Positions 8,202 to 17,661 of a stretch of DNA of 64,000 bases are shown here, piece by piece; position 1 is the stretch's first letter, and each line of letters starts with the position of its first letter. Origin of the DNA: Candidatus Sungiibacteriota bacterium (GTDB lineage: Bacteria > Patescibacteriota > Minisyncoccia > Sungbacterales > HO2-52-23); the NCBI GenBank assembly GCA_016180435.1, contig JACPBG010000003.1, positions 77,791 through 141,790 of the forward strand, written 5' to 3'. A program made the position numbers and the translations under genes. The notes beneath the pieces are model-generated. The model searched no databases. It was not told the DNA's origin and worked only from the letters and a program-made list of their open reading frames with translations.

Positions 8202-9305
8202 ATGCCTCAATTAAAACCCGACATAGAGTCATACGCGCGTATCAAGGTGGTTGGAGTCGGAGGCGGTGGAGGAAAAGCCATAACGCGCATGATTGACCAT
8301 AAAACCAATGGGGTTGATTTTATTAGCATAAATACCGACGCGCAGGATCTTCATTTCACTAAAGCCAAAACCAAAATTCATATCGGAAAAAATCTCACCA
8401 AAGGACTTGGCGCGGGCATGAATCCGGAAATCGGCAGGCAGGCGGCCGAGGAAAATCGCGATGAGATCCATGAGATATTGAAAGGCGCGGACATGGTGTT
8501 TTTAACCTGCGGTCTGGGAGGAGGAACCGGAACCGGAGCATCTCCCATTGTGGCTGAAGTTGCGCAGGATGCCGGTGCGCTGGTGATAGGAGTTGTAACC
8601 AGGCCCTTTAGTTTTGAGGGCGCGCAGCGCGGAAAAATAGCGGAAGAGGGATGGCATAAATTAAAAGATCGCGTGGATGCGCTGATCACAATACAAAATG
8701 ATCGCCTGCTTAATGTAATTACCAAAGACACCTCGCTTTTGAATGCGTTTGTGATTTGTGATGATGTATTGCGCCAGGCCGTGCAGGGAATTGCGGATTT
8801 GATCATTACTCCCGGAGTGATTAATGTGGATTTTGCGGATGTCCGAGCCATTATGCAGGATGCCGGATCCGCGCTTATGGGCGTGGGATTCGGAACTGGA
8901 GAGGACCGAGCGGTTACTGCGGCTAAATCCGCAGTCGGATCGCCTTTGCTTGAACTTTCCATAAACGGCGCGCGCGGGGTATTATTCAATATTTCGGGCG
9001 GATCGGATCTTACTATGTGGGAGATCAATGAGGCAGCCAAAGTGATTACCGAATCCATTGATCGCGAGGCCAAAGTTATTTTCGGGGCGGTGGAGGACGA
9101 GCGCCTGAAAAAAGGGGAAATTAAAATTACCGTGATTGCCACCGGATTTAATCCGAACAACGGAAACAATAATAATTTGCGCCTGCCTTTGCATCGGGAT
9201 GAAAAACAAGAGCCAAAAAAAACAGGGCAGGCGGAGAAACAACCGCAGTTGGAGGATAATGAATGGGATGCCGTGCCGGCCTTTTTGCGGAGAAAAGGGA
9301 AGTGA
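8202..9305 (+). CDS. ftsZ: cell division protein FtsZ
   Basis: GGGTGTG tubulin signature, INVDFAD, C-terminal VPAFLR. Confidence 0.98.
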   Translation: MPQLKPDIESYARIKVVGVGGGGGKAITRMIDHKTNGVDFISINTDAQDLHFTKAKTKIHIGKNLTKGLGAGMNPEIGRQAAEENRDEIHEILKGADMVFLTCGLGGGTGTGASPIVAEVAQDAGALVIGVVTRPFSFEGAQRGKIAEEGWHKLKDRVDALITIQNDRLLNVITKDTSLLNAFVICDDVLRQAVQGIADLIITPGVINVDFADVRAIMQDAGSALMGVGFGTGEDRAVTAAKSAVGSPLLELSINGARGVLFNISGGSDLTMWEINEAAKVITESIDREAKVIFGAVEDERLKKGEIKITVIATGFNPNNGNNNNLRLPLHRDEKQEPKKTGQAEKQPQLEDNEWDAVPAFLRRKGK

Positions 9306-9310
9306 TACTC

Positions 9311-9508
9311 GGTACTATACGTTTTTTAACGGGCTTCGGCCGCTCCTGCGGCGGCCTGCAGGGTCGGCGAAACGCCGAGCACTCATATGGTTTACATAAA
9401 ATAGTTCCCGAGTTTATCGAGGGACTACCTAAATAAGTCAGAGAATGTATTTTATGAGTGCTCGGACCAAGCCGTTTCGCCTCCCATCGTTAAAAAACGC
9501 ATAGCACC
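9311..9508 (+). repeat. family G multibranch element
   Basis: cttcggccgctcctgcggcggcctgcagggtcggc...gaccaagc...cctcccat core shared with 33459, 42949, 45557. Confidence 0.85.
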
Positions 9509-9625
9509 TCGTCCATTTCATTTCTCCGCATTGTTTTTGAGATATTTATTAAGGTAGGCGCTTCGCGCCTTTTTATATTAGAAAATTTTACACCCATCTC
9601 TTGGCGACAAAATTAGGTTTAAACC

Positions 9626-9793
9626 AAAAACCCCCTTTCGGGGGTCATGGTAACAACGTTTTTGCTTAAATCAAGAAAATAAATAGGATTTAAGTAAAAG
9701 AATAAAACCTTAAAGCCTTAAGAACCTTAAGGAAAAACGCTGTTTTTGGCACAGTGGCCATCAGAGTTTTTACACTCTGAACCTTACAACGGT
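9626..9793 (-). ncRNA. putative structured small RNA
   Basis: Minus-strand TTGACT-16-TAGTAT promoter, 18-bp internal stem 9652-9669/9727-9744, terminator ccccc-gaaa-ggggg-ttttt; no evident ORF. Confidence 0.45.
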
Positions 9794-9833
9794 ATTTACA
9801 TACTAATATATAGTTATCCACAGTCAAGTGCTA

Positions 9834-9920
9834 CGGTGGGGGTGGGATTTGAACCCACGAGCCCGTTGTAAGGCTGATCGGTTAGAAACCGATTGCTTTC
9901 AGCCACTCAGCCACCCCACC
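9834..9920 (-). tRNA. class II tRNA with Ser-type body and TCT anticodon
   Basis: GGTGGGG acceptor, GCTGAGTGGCTGAAAGC D arm, ATCGG-TTTCTAA-CCGAT anticodon arm, long variable arm, GTGGG-TTCAAAT-CCCAC T arm, G73. Confidence 0.9.
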
Positions 9921-9949
9921 AAAAGGTTGGGGCAATAAGAGAAAATAAA

Positions 9950-10081
9950 ATCCCGTCCTGATTGCAGAGTACCAAGGTGTATTGAATCGTTTCCAATTCA
10001 ATATGCCTTTGTTTTTGGAGTATTAAGGTTTCCCTTGATACTCCGCAATCAAAACGAGATATAAATTTCCTTAATACTCCA
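9950..10081 (-). ncRNA. putative structured RNA / tRNA leader
   Basis: 28-bp stem whose 5 non-WC pairs are all G-U on the minus strand; GAAA tetraloops; upstream TTGTCT-16-TATAAT. Confidence 0.55.
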
Positions 10082-10258
10082 TTTATAATTATAATATAAA
10101 TTACGCAGTAGACAAAAAAAGTTATCCACTTATGACCAAATCACAATTTACTTCTGTTTAGGAACAGTTTTGCGCGTGTCTTTTTAGGAGTGATGGGAGA
10201 ATAATTTCTCCTTTTTTGTTTGTTTGACCACTTTTGTATTTCGCGCTACAAGTTGAAT

Positions 10259-11770
10259 ATGTTCAGCGGTGAAAAGTTGCCTAAATCCAGGATTTTTCTG
10301 TTTCTGTTATTGGCGTTTATCGGAGGAGTGGCGGTGCGGTCGTTTTTTGCTCCTTCCACGGAGACGGTTTTTATTTTACTTACGGCGTCCTCCGTTGTGC
10401 TGGCTGTCGGCATTTTGCGCTGGAACCGGAAAATCATATTTTTGGGAGCACTGCTTATCTTATTTTTTGCGGGGATTCTGCGTTTTTCATACGCGGAAAT
10501 AGCTCGGCCCGATTTATCTGATTTTTACGGTAAGGATTTAGCGATACGGGGTATTGTGACAACAGAACCGGAGAGATCTCAATCCGTTCAGCGGATTACT
10601 GTTAGAGTTTTTAAAACAGGTAAAAAGGAAATAAATCCGTTTCAATTATTGGTGACGGTTGGACGGTTTCCGCAATATGAGATAGGAGATGAAATTTTGG
10701 TGCGCGGGATTATTAAAAAACCCGAGAATTACAAGGAGTTCGATTATGTTTCATACCTCTCGCGCCAGGATATTTTTGCCATCATGTTTTTTCCGCAAGC
10801 GGAAAAAATCGGAGAAGGACGCGGCAATCAATTATTGTTTCAGCTTTCGCGGCTAAAGCATTCATTTGAAAAAAATCTTGAGAAAGTAATTCCTGAACCG
10901 CATGCGGCGTTTTTGAAAGGGCTGACTTTAGGCGAGCGCGAATCGCTTCCGGCTGATTTGGTGGAAAATTTTAGCCGTACCGGCACAACCCATATTGTGG
11001 CGTTATCCGGTTATAATATAACGATGCTCGGGCGTTTTTTCGTAAACGGACTCATGTATCTTACGGTTCCATTTCAGGTATCGTTTTGGATTGCAACTGC
11101 GGGGATTATGCTTTTTGTTCTGCTTACCGGCGCATCGCCCTCGGTAGTGCGCGCCGGAATTATGGGAATTTTAGTTTTAATCGCGCAAAAAGAAGGGCGA
11201 TTGTATCAGATGACTAATGCTTTAGTTTTTGCTGCGGCAGTTATGATTTTGCACAACCCCAAAATTTTGCGTTTTGACGCGGCGTTTCAATTATCTTTTT
11301 TGGCGACACTGGGTCTGATTTATTTGTCTCCGCATATTGAGCGCCGGCTGGATCGCCGCAAAAAATTTAAAGCAGAGGACCCGGCATATAAAGATAAACC
11401 GTTTTTTTCCTGGAAGCAGACGCTGGTTGAAACATTGTCGGCGCAATTCATGGTTTTGCCGCTTTTAATTTATCTTTTCGGCCGCGTATCTTTGATAAGT
11501 CCAATAAGCAATATAGCGGTTTTGATTGCGGTCCCATATGCCATGGTTTTGGGATTTATTACAGGTGGACTCGGATTTTTATGGGGGCCGCTTGCGCAAA
11601 TTTCCGGCTGGATTGCGTGGACTATTTTGGAATATCAAATCCGTATTATTGATTTTTTTGCCCAAATTCCGGCGGCGTCCATTACGGTTGGAAAATGGGT
11701 CGCCATTCCGCTTGTTGTTTTTTATGGTTATGCGGCAATTGTTTTATGGCGGAGATCCACCAAAATATAG
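10259..11770 (+). CDS. comEC: ComEC/Rec2 competence membrane domain protein
   Basis: HIVALSGYNI, SPSVVRAGIM, FQLSFLAT, many TM helices. Confidence 0.93.
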   Translation: MFSGEKLPKSRIFLFLLLAFIGGVAVRSFFAPSTETVFILLTASSVVLAVGILRWNRKIIFLGALLILFFAGILRFSYAEIARPDLSDFYGKDLAIRGIVTTEPERSQSVQRITVRVFKTGKKEINPFQLLVTVGRFPQYEIGDEILVRGIIKKPENYKEFDYVSYLSRQDIFAIMFFPQAEKIGEGRGNQLLFQLSRLKHSFEKNLEKVIPEPHAAFLKGLTLGERESLPADLVENFSRTGTTHIVALSGYNITMLGRFFVNGLMYLTVPFQVSFWIATAGIMLFVLLTGASPSVVRAGIMGILVLIAQKEGRLYQMTNALVFAAAVMILHNPKILRFDAAFQLSFLATLGLIYLSPHIERRLDRRKKFKAEDPAYKDKPFFSWKQTLVETLSAQFMVLPLLIYLFGRVSLISPISNIAVLIAVPYAMVLGFITGGLGFLWGPLAQISGWIAWTILEYQIRIIDFFAQIPAASITVGKWVAIPLVVFYGYAAIVLWRRSTKI

Positions 11771-11864
11771 ACAATATGTGCGACACCGGGTGTTGCACAA
11801 AACAGGTTGTTTTTTAGTTTAGTTTGTTTTATATTTGCTACGGGTCTTATCAAATGGATAATAT

Positions 11865-12074
11865 ATGGTACGGTATCGTATCCGGCTTTTACAAGAGGGC
11901 GCTATAAAAATTGATGATACCATTGATGAGTGGTTTACAGACGTCGGTAACGATGACCCGCCGTACCAGATTGATGGGGACGGGTTTATTAATTTTGAAA
12001 CATCCGACGGACGCGAAATACGATTCCGCCCGGGCAGCCGAAATGTCGTGTACGTCGAAAGACCGAAGATTTAA
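11865..12074 (+). CDS. small hypothetical protein between the comEC halves
   Basis: 69 aa ORF followed by terminator ccgcctg...caggcggttttt. Confidence 0.55.
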   Translation: MVRYRIRLLQEGAIKIDDTIDEWFTDVGNDDPPYQIDGDGFINFETSDGREIRFRPGSRNVVYVERPKI

Positions 12075-12151
12075 GTTATGCCGCCTGAATGATTTACTCA
12101 CAGGCGGTTTTTAATTTGTAAATATTTGTGGATTCGGGTACGAATAGAATT

Positions 12152-13030
12152 ATGGAAAAGGCGATACGCAACAGTAAAACCGTATTATCATTCATTCTTG
12201 TAGTGATAACCATCATTATTTGGTACGTAGTATTTTATTTTGAATCCCGACAAAATTTGTTGGTCACATTTTTTGATGTAGGACAGGGCGACTCAATATT
12301 TATAGAAGTTCCGGGCGGCAACCAGATTTTGATAGACGGCGGGCCGGATGATTCGGTTTTGGCAAAACTGGGGAAGCGTATGCCTTTTTGGGATCGCTCG
12401 CTTGATCTTGTTATTTTAACCCATCCGGAAAAAGACCATGTTTCAGGACTTCTTGAAGTTTTGCGTCGCTATGACGTTGATAAAATTTTATGGACAGGAG
12501 TCGAGCACTCCATAGCGGAATTTGAAGAATGGAAAAAATTGCTTGAAAAAGAGGATGCTGAAATTTTTTACGCGCAAAGGGGAGGCGTGATTAATTTTGG
12601 CAAAGGTGCAGAGATGGTGATTTTGTGGCCGGATGAAGATTTTCGCGGGAAAACCGTGTCGGAACTTAATGAAACCGGTGTCGTGGCTAAGCTTGAATAC
12701 GGCCAGAATTCTTTTCTTTTCACCGGTGATATCGGTCGTTCCACCGAATATCGTTTATTATCAGAATCTCTAAGTTCTAAGTTCTTCGTTCTAAGTTCTG
12801 ACGTGCTAAAGGTTGGCCATCACGGCTCAAAATATTCATCCTCGGATGCATTTTTACGCGCCGTTTTACCGGAAATAAACGTAATTCAATCCGGACGCAA
12901 AAATCGCTATGGCCATCCGGCGTCAGAAACTCTAGATCGGTTGGCGGCCGCGGGCGCTGCAATTTTGCGAAATGATACGGATGGGGATATTGTGATTGAA
13001 TCAAACGGCTGGATTTTTTGGAGAAAATAA
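12152..13030 (+). CDS. ComEC C-terminal metallo-beta-lactamase fold protein
   Basis: FFDVGQGD, LTHPEKDH, LFTGD, KVGHHGS, NRYGHP. Confidence 0.93.
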   Translation: MEKAIRNSKTVLSFILVVITIIIWYVVFYFESRQNLLVTFFDVGQGDSIFIEVPGGNQILIDGGPDDSVLAKLGKRMPFWDRSLDLVILTHPEKDHVSGLLEVLRRYDVDKILWTGVEHSIAEFEEWKKLLEKEDAEIFYAQRGGVINFGKGAEMVILWPDEDFRGKTVSELNETGVVAKLEYGQNSFLFTGDIGRSTEYRLLSESLSSKFFVLSSDVLKVGHHGSKYSSSDAFLRAVLPEINVIQSGRKNRYGHPASETLDRLAAAGAAILRNDTDGDIVIESNGWIFWRK

Positions 13031-13044
13031 TGTATCGTTAACCC

Positions 13045-14124
13045 ATGAAAGGATTTTCGTTCCCCATATTTAAAACTAAAGTAGAGGGCGTAGATCAAAA
13101 GTTTAAATTTGAAGATCCGGCTGAGCGGCGGAAATATTTTGATTTGAAAGCGGGTAGAGAGATTGAAAAACTGCGTGAATATTTGCAAAAAAACACTTTT
13201 GTCGGGTTTCTTTTGGGCCCCAAAAATTCCGGCAAAGGAACTTACTCCAAGCTTTTTATGGAGGCGGTGGGTGAAGAGCGGGTGGCGCATATTTCGGTGG
13301 GAGACATTGTGCGGAGCGTTCACCAGGACTTAGAAAAAACATCAAGCCACAAAGAATTGGTGGATTTTCTCAAGCGTCGTTATCGGGGATTTATTACCAT
13401 TGAAAAAGCGCTGGAAGTTATTTTGGGCCGTGATACCAAAACCCTTCTGCCCACCGAAGTAATTCTGGCTTTGGTGGAACGGGAAATTGACAAGATTGGG
13501 CGCAAAGCCGTGTTTATAGATGGTTTTCCCCGGAATCTTGACCAGGTATCTTATTCTTTATATTTTCGTACACTGGTGGGATATCGTGATGACCCCGACT
13601 TCATGGTTTTTATAGATGTTCCCGAGGCAGTAATTGATGAGCGGATGAAATATCGTGTAGTGTGCCCGCAATGCCAGAGTCCGCGCAATACCAAACTTCT
13701 TCGCACTCAAGATGTGGGTTATGACTCGGGCCATAAGAAATTTTACCTTTTATGCGACAATCCCAATTGTTCCGGCTATGGTAAAAGTCGTATGTCGCCT
13801 AAAGAGGGGGATGAATTGGGAATTGAGGCGATTCGCAACCGCATTGAGGCCGACGGAGAGGTTATGAAAATGCTTCTCAATCTTCAAGGAGTGCCCAAAG
13901 TATTTTTAAGAAATTCGGTGCCGGCGGATAAAGCCAGCGAAAATATAGATGATTATGAAATAACCCCGGCGTTTCGTTATGAGTTGGAAAAGGATGGCGC
14001 GGTTCGGGTAATTGAGGAGCCGTGGATGATAAAAGATGATGAGGGCAATGATTCGTATAGTTTAATGCCCCCGCCGGTGGCTTTGGCGTTAATTAAACAG
14101 ATCACCGTCGTGTTGGGGTTATAA
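13045..14124 (+). CDS. adenylate kinase-like nucleoside monophosphate kinase (long)
   Basis: GPKNSGKGT P-loop, HISVGDIVR, IDGFPR, CPQC..C Zn lid. Confidence 0.8.
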   Translation: MKGFSFPIFKTKVEGVDQKFKFEDPAERRKYFDLKAGREIEKLREYLQKNTFVGFLLGPKNSGKGTYSKLFMEAVGEERVAHISVGDIVRSVHQDLEKTSSHKELVDFLKRRYRGFITIEKALEVILGRDTKTLLPTEVILALVEREIDKIGRKAVFIDGFPRNLDQVSYSLYFRTLVGYRDDPDFMVFIDVPEAVIDERMKYRVVCPQCQSPRNTKLLRTQDVGYDSGHKKFYLLCDNPNCSGYGKSRMSPKEGDELGIEAIRNRIEADGEVMKMLLNLQGVPKVFLRNSVPADKASENIDDYEITPAFRYELEKDGAVRVIEEPWMIKDDEGNDSYSLMPPPVALALIKQITVVLGL

Positions 14125-14223
14125 ATACTCGCTCGGTACCTCTTTTTTAGACACGACTCGTGTGCTCCAGCGGCACACTCGCTAAGGGTCGGATAAAATT
14201 TTTTCGTTGCGCGAAAAACCAAG

Positions 14224-14354
14224 CCCCATCACCAAAATTTTGACCATTTCTGTGCCGCCCCGCATAAGCTGGCGAGATATGCTCTGCATTTCTTGATAGA
14301 TATTCGTCTCTACTTGGATGGAAATGAAAGCGGCAGTCAAAATTTGGTGCGGGG
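14224..14354. mobile_element. MITE-like element family B2 with CAAG direct repeats
   Basis: caag-ccccatcaccaaaattttgac...gtcaaaatttggtgcgggg-caag. Confidence 0.8.
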
Positions 14355-14465
14355 CAAGCAATTTTATCCTCCCATTGTCTAAAAACAGAGGTATCTCGCT
14401 TAAGAAATAAAACTTTGCGGAAAATTTAATTGCTATAAAAGCCACTTTGTCGTGTGCATAAAAAT

Positions 14466-15005
14466 ATGATTTTAGGGATGGACAAAATTCATAAACTGAT
14501 AGATGCGATAAAACTGATTGAAAATCTTTCGGAGAGGGAGTTAAAAAATCCGGAAGGCGCGGGAATTGATTTGCGGATAGGGGAATTATATGAGCTTTCG
14601 GGAGCTGGTTTTTTAGGAGTTAAAGAGCGTAAAACTCCTAAGGCAAAAATTGTGGCGCGTTATGACCCGAAGAAGAAAATCAAAGCGGTACTAAAGCCCA
14701 CGTGTTATTATATTATGACTACGGTGGAGGAGGTAAATACGCCGGAGAATTTGGTAATTCTTTTCCGACCGCGTTCCACGCTTTATAGATCGGGCGTCAT
14801 GCTTTTTACCGGGAATTGTGCTCCGGGATATAGCGGAAAATTGACGTTTGGATTGATGAACTTTGGTACAAAACCATTTGTTTTTGAGATGGGGGCAAGG
14901 GTCGCGCACGCCTTATTTTTTGAAGTGAAAGGAAGGACTAATCTTTACCGCGGCCAATGGCAGGGTGGACGGGTTGATACAGGCGGAATCGAGAAACAAA
15001 CATAA
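14466..15005 (+). CDS. dCTP deaminase/dUTPase family protein
   Basis: GIDLRIG, RPRSTLYRSG, PGYSGKLT, YRGQWQG. Confidence 0.85.
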   Translation: MILGMDKIHKLIDAIKLIENLSERELKNPEGAGIDLRIGELYELSGAGFLGVKERKTPKAKIVARYDPKKKIKAVLKPTCYYIMTTVEEVNTPENLVILFRPRSTLYRSGVMLFTGNCAPGYSGKLTFGLMNFGTKPFVFEMGARVAHALFFEVKGRTNLYRGQWQGGRVDTGGIEKQT

Positions 15006-15045
15006 GAGGAATCTGGATTAAAAAAGAGCGGCCGCAAGGCCGCTT

Positions 15046-16203
15046 TTAATATTTTTCAAACATCATTTCGTACACCCAGTGGTGGAACCAGTGGGTGGCT
15101 TGTTCTTTTTCAGGGGAAAATGTCCCGCGACTCGCAAAGCGTGATTTCGCGCCGCGCCAGGCCTCGCGCATGGCGTCTATATCCTCTTGGTTGACATCCT
15201 CATCTTTCCAAATCTCGTCTTTCTTTTTGTATTTTTCCGCATCCGTAACGTAATGATATCGGTAAAGACGCGTTTGGGCCGGGTTGTTTTTTATCGGCAT
15301 CCACACGTTTATGGAATAACCCCAGGGATAGCGGTTTGAAGCAAAGTTTGGAGGGATAAAATCCCATAGGGCATATACGCGTTTTTCCGGATGGTTTGGA
15401 TCTTGGAAGCGGCGGGGAAGTTCATGGGGGTCAAATCCATGCGCGGGATTTCGGGCATATGCCCATTGCAAAACCGAATGGGGATTGCATTCGGTCCGGT
15501 ATGAATTGATGTCCACGACCTTGGCGAAACTTTTGGCATGGATTTCTGCGATATGGAAATAATCCAAATAATTACGGACATGCTGTTTCCAGTTGCCGTC
15601 AACAACTTCTTCCTCGTTTCCTATGGGAACTCGGTTATCGGGTATGGAGCTTAGAGGATAGGTGGGCATATGTTGTAATTTTGCGAAAGGTTCGCCAAGC
15701 GCGATGAAAAAAAACGGACCCCATCTGGTTAGAGGTAATTCTTTAAGATTCGAACCCGCTCCTTTCGTAATTTGTTTGCCATTTGATGCATCAAAGCCCG
15801 GATGCGCAATGAATTTTCCGGCACAGGAGAATATGCGTCCATGCTGTTTGCATTTGATAAATTTTGATGTACCGCATTTGTCGGTTCGAAGCGGGAAATT
15901 ATCGTGGGGACAGCAGTTGGGAAAACAGTGGGCAAATCCGTCCGTATCAATTTGTAGAAAAAGCGGTTCGCTATCAAAAAGCGTAAATTCGAAGTAGCTT
16001 CCGGCTTCCTGTAAAACCTCTGCAAGGGGCCGAGGGTCTTTTTTCATTTCTTTTTCGGCGCGTTGCGGCACGAAAAGCCAAGAGTGCGAAAATATCGTAT
16101 CAAGTTCTTTTTGAAGAAACTCCGGATTGTGAAAAGTTGATGGATGAAGCGCAAGCGCTTCGGTAATATTTTCGTCAATATAATAATCCCTGGGGTCAAG
16201 CAT
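15046..16203 (-). CDS. Rieske non-heme iron oxygenase alpha subunit (choline monooxygenase-like)
   Basis: CPH...CKQHG Rieske ligands; NWK...NYLDYFHIAEIH and EDID mononuclear Fe motif. Confidence 0.85.
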   Translation of the reverse strand: MLDPRDYYIDENITEALALHPSTFHNPEFLQKELDTIFSHSWLFVPQRAEKEMKKDPRPLAEVLQEAGSYFEFTLFDSEPLFLQIDTDGFAHCFPNCCPHDNFPLRTDKCGTSKFIKCKQHGRIFSCAGKFIAHPGFDASNGKQITKGAGSNLKELPLTRWGPFFFIALGEPFAKLQHMPTYPLSSIPDNRVPIGNEEEVVDGNWKQHVRNYLDYFHIAEIHAKSFAKVVDINSYRTECNPHSVLQWAYARNPAHGFDPHELPRRFQDPNHPEKRVYALWDFIPPNFASNRYPWGYSINVWMPIKNNPAQTRLYRYHYVTDAEKYKKKDEIWKDEDVNQEDIDAMREAWRGAKSRFASRGTFSPEKEQATHWFHHWVYEMMFEKY

Positions 16204-16329
16204 TTTTTATCCTGTCAATGATCTGCATAAACTGTAGCATTTTCGGTCTATTTTTCAAGCTACTAAAAACATTCCGATATTCTCAAGAATGTCGGAATGT
16301 TTTTGGAAGAATATTTTTTTGGCTATGAC

Positions 16330-17541
16330 TTATGAAGTCGCTTTTAGCACCTCTTCCGGCATGGTGACACCGGCCCGAATTTTAAGTATGCCGTCCTCCC
16401 GAATGGTTTTTAATCCTTGGGCGCGGGCATATTCAAATAATTTGGCGTGGGGCGCGCTTTCTATAATAAGGCGTTGCATGCCGTCATCAATATATAAAAT
16501 TTCAAATATGCCGATTCTTCCGGCAACTCCGGTATTGCCGCATGATTCGCATCCTTTCCCGCGCATATATGTTTCTTTCTGGTCAAGGCCGAGCACGTCC
16601 AGCACTTCTTTAATCGGATGGTAAGGAATGCGGCACGCTTCACAATTTTTGCGAACCAGACGTTTGCTTATGACTCCCGAAAGCGCATAGGCCACAAGTC
16701 CCTTGTCTATGTTCATATCAATCAGGCGTGTAATTGTGGCCACGCTTGAATTTGAATGAATGGTGGATAAAAGCAGGCGGCCGGTCAGGGATGCGCGGAT
16801 CGCGCTTTCGGCTGTTTCCAGATCGCGTATTTCTCCCACCATTATGATATCCGGATCCTGGCGAAGAATGGAGCGAAGTCCCATGGCATAGGTAAAGCCC
16901 TGATCCGTCCGCATTTGGCTTTGGCGCACCATGGGAAGATAATATTCAATCGGATCCTCCAGGGTCACGATGTTTTTGTTTTCATTGCGCAGTTCGTTAA
17001 GCATCGCATAAAGCGTGAATGTTTTTCCGGATCCGGCCGGACCTGCGGCCAGCACCATGCCGTGCGATTGGTGGATGATTTTTCGCGTAAGAGCAATGTC
17101 TTGGGTGGTGGAAAATCCGAGTGCATCCAGCGATTCGGGCAGGTCGCCGCGGTTTAATATCCGCATGACTACTGTTTCTCCGTAGGCCGTGGGGAAAAAT
17201 GAAGTACGGATATCAAGAATTCTGCCGTCCACGACCCCTGAAATTCGTTCCGCAGACCAGGCAAAATGCCCCTCCTGGGGCAGAACATGTTTTAAAATAT
17301 CAAGGCCGGATATGACTTTTAAATGGGAAATAAGCGCCTCCTGATCCGAAATCGGCCTGCGATCATAGGGGTGCAGGTCTCCGGCAATCCGGAAGCGAAT
17401 CATCATGGAATCATATCCCGGCTCAATATGAATGTCGGATGCGCCGTTACGCACTGCATCCAAGATCATTTTCTCCCGAAGCCCCTCAATGGTCTCGGAC
17501 GCCTCCTGATCCGATATTTGGTTGTCCTTTTTGGCCGGCAT
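16330..17541 (-). CDS. GspE/PilB family secretion/pilus assembly ATPase
   Basis: ASDIHIEP, GPAGSGKT, TLEDPIEY, LRQDPDIIMVGEIRD, CxxC..CxxC. Confidence 0.93.
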   Translation of the reverse strand: MPAKKDNQISDQEASETIEGLREKMILDAVRNGASDIHIEPGYDSMMIRFRIAGDLHPYDRRPISDQEALISHLKVISGLDILKHVLPQEGHFAWSAERISGVVDGRILDIRTSFFPTAYGETVVMRILNRGDLPESLDALGFSTTQDIALTRKIIHQSHGMVLAAGPAGSGKTFTLYAMLNELRNENKNIVTLEDPIEYYLPMVRQSQMRTDQGFTYAMGLRSILRQDPDIIMVGEIRDLETAESAIRASLTGRLLLSTIHSNSSVATITRLIDMNIDKGLVAYALSGVISKRLVRKNCEACRIPYHPIKEVLDVLGLDQKETYMRGKGCESCGNTGVAGRIGIFEILYIDDGMQRLIIESAPHAKLFEYARAQGLKTIREDGILKIRAGVTMPEEVLKATS

Positions 17542-17661
17542 AGGGTTATTATATCATGAGATAGCAACAAAAATACACCATAATTTGTTCTTTGAAATTT
17601 TACCAAAAGGAAAAGGGTTCGCCATCTTGCGACAGCGAACCCATGAGTTGGAACTTGAGAA

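Noticed and set aside
8378-9169. Long antisense ORFs (e.g. opposite ftsZ; alternative frames in purM)
   Set aside because: Shadow frames of well-supported genes
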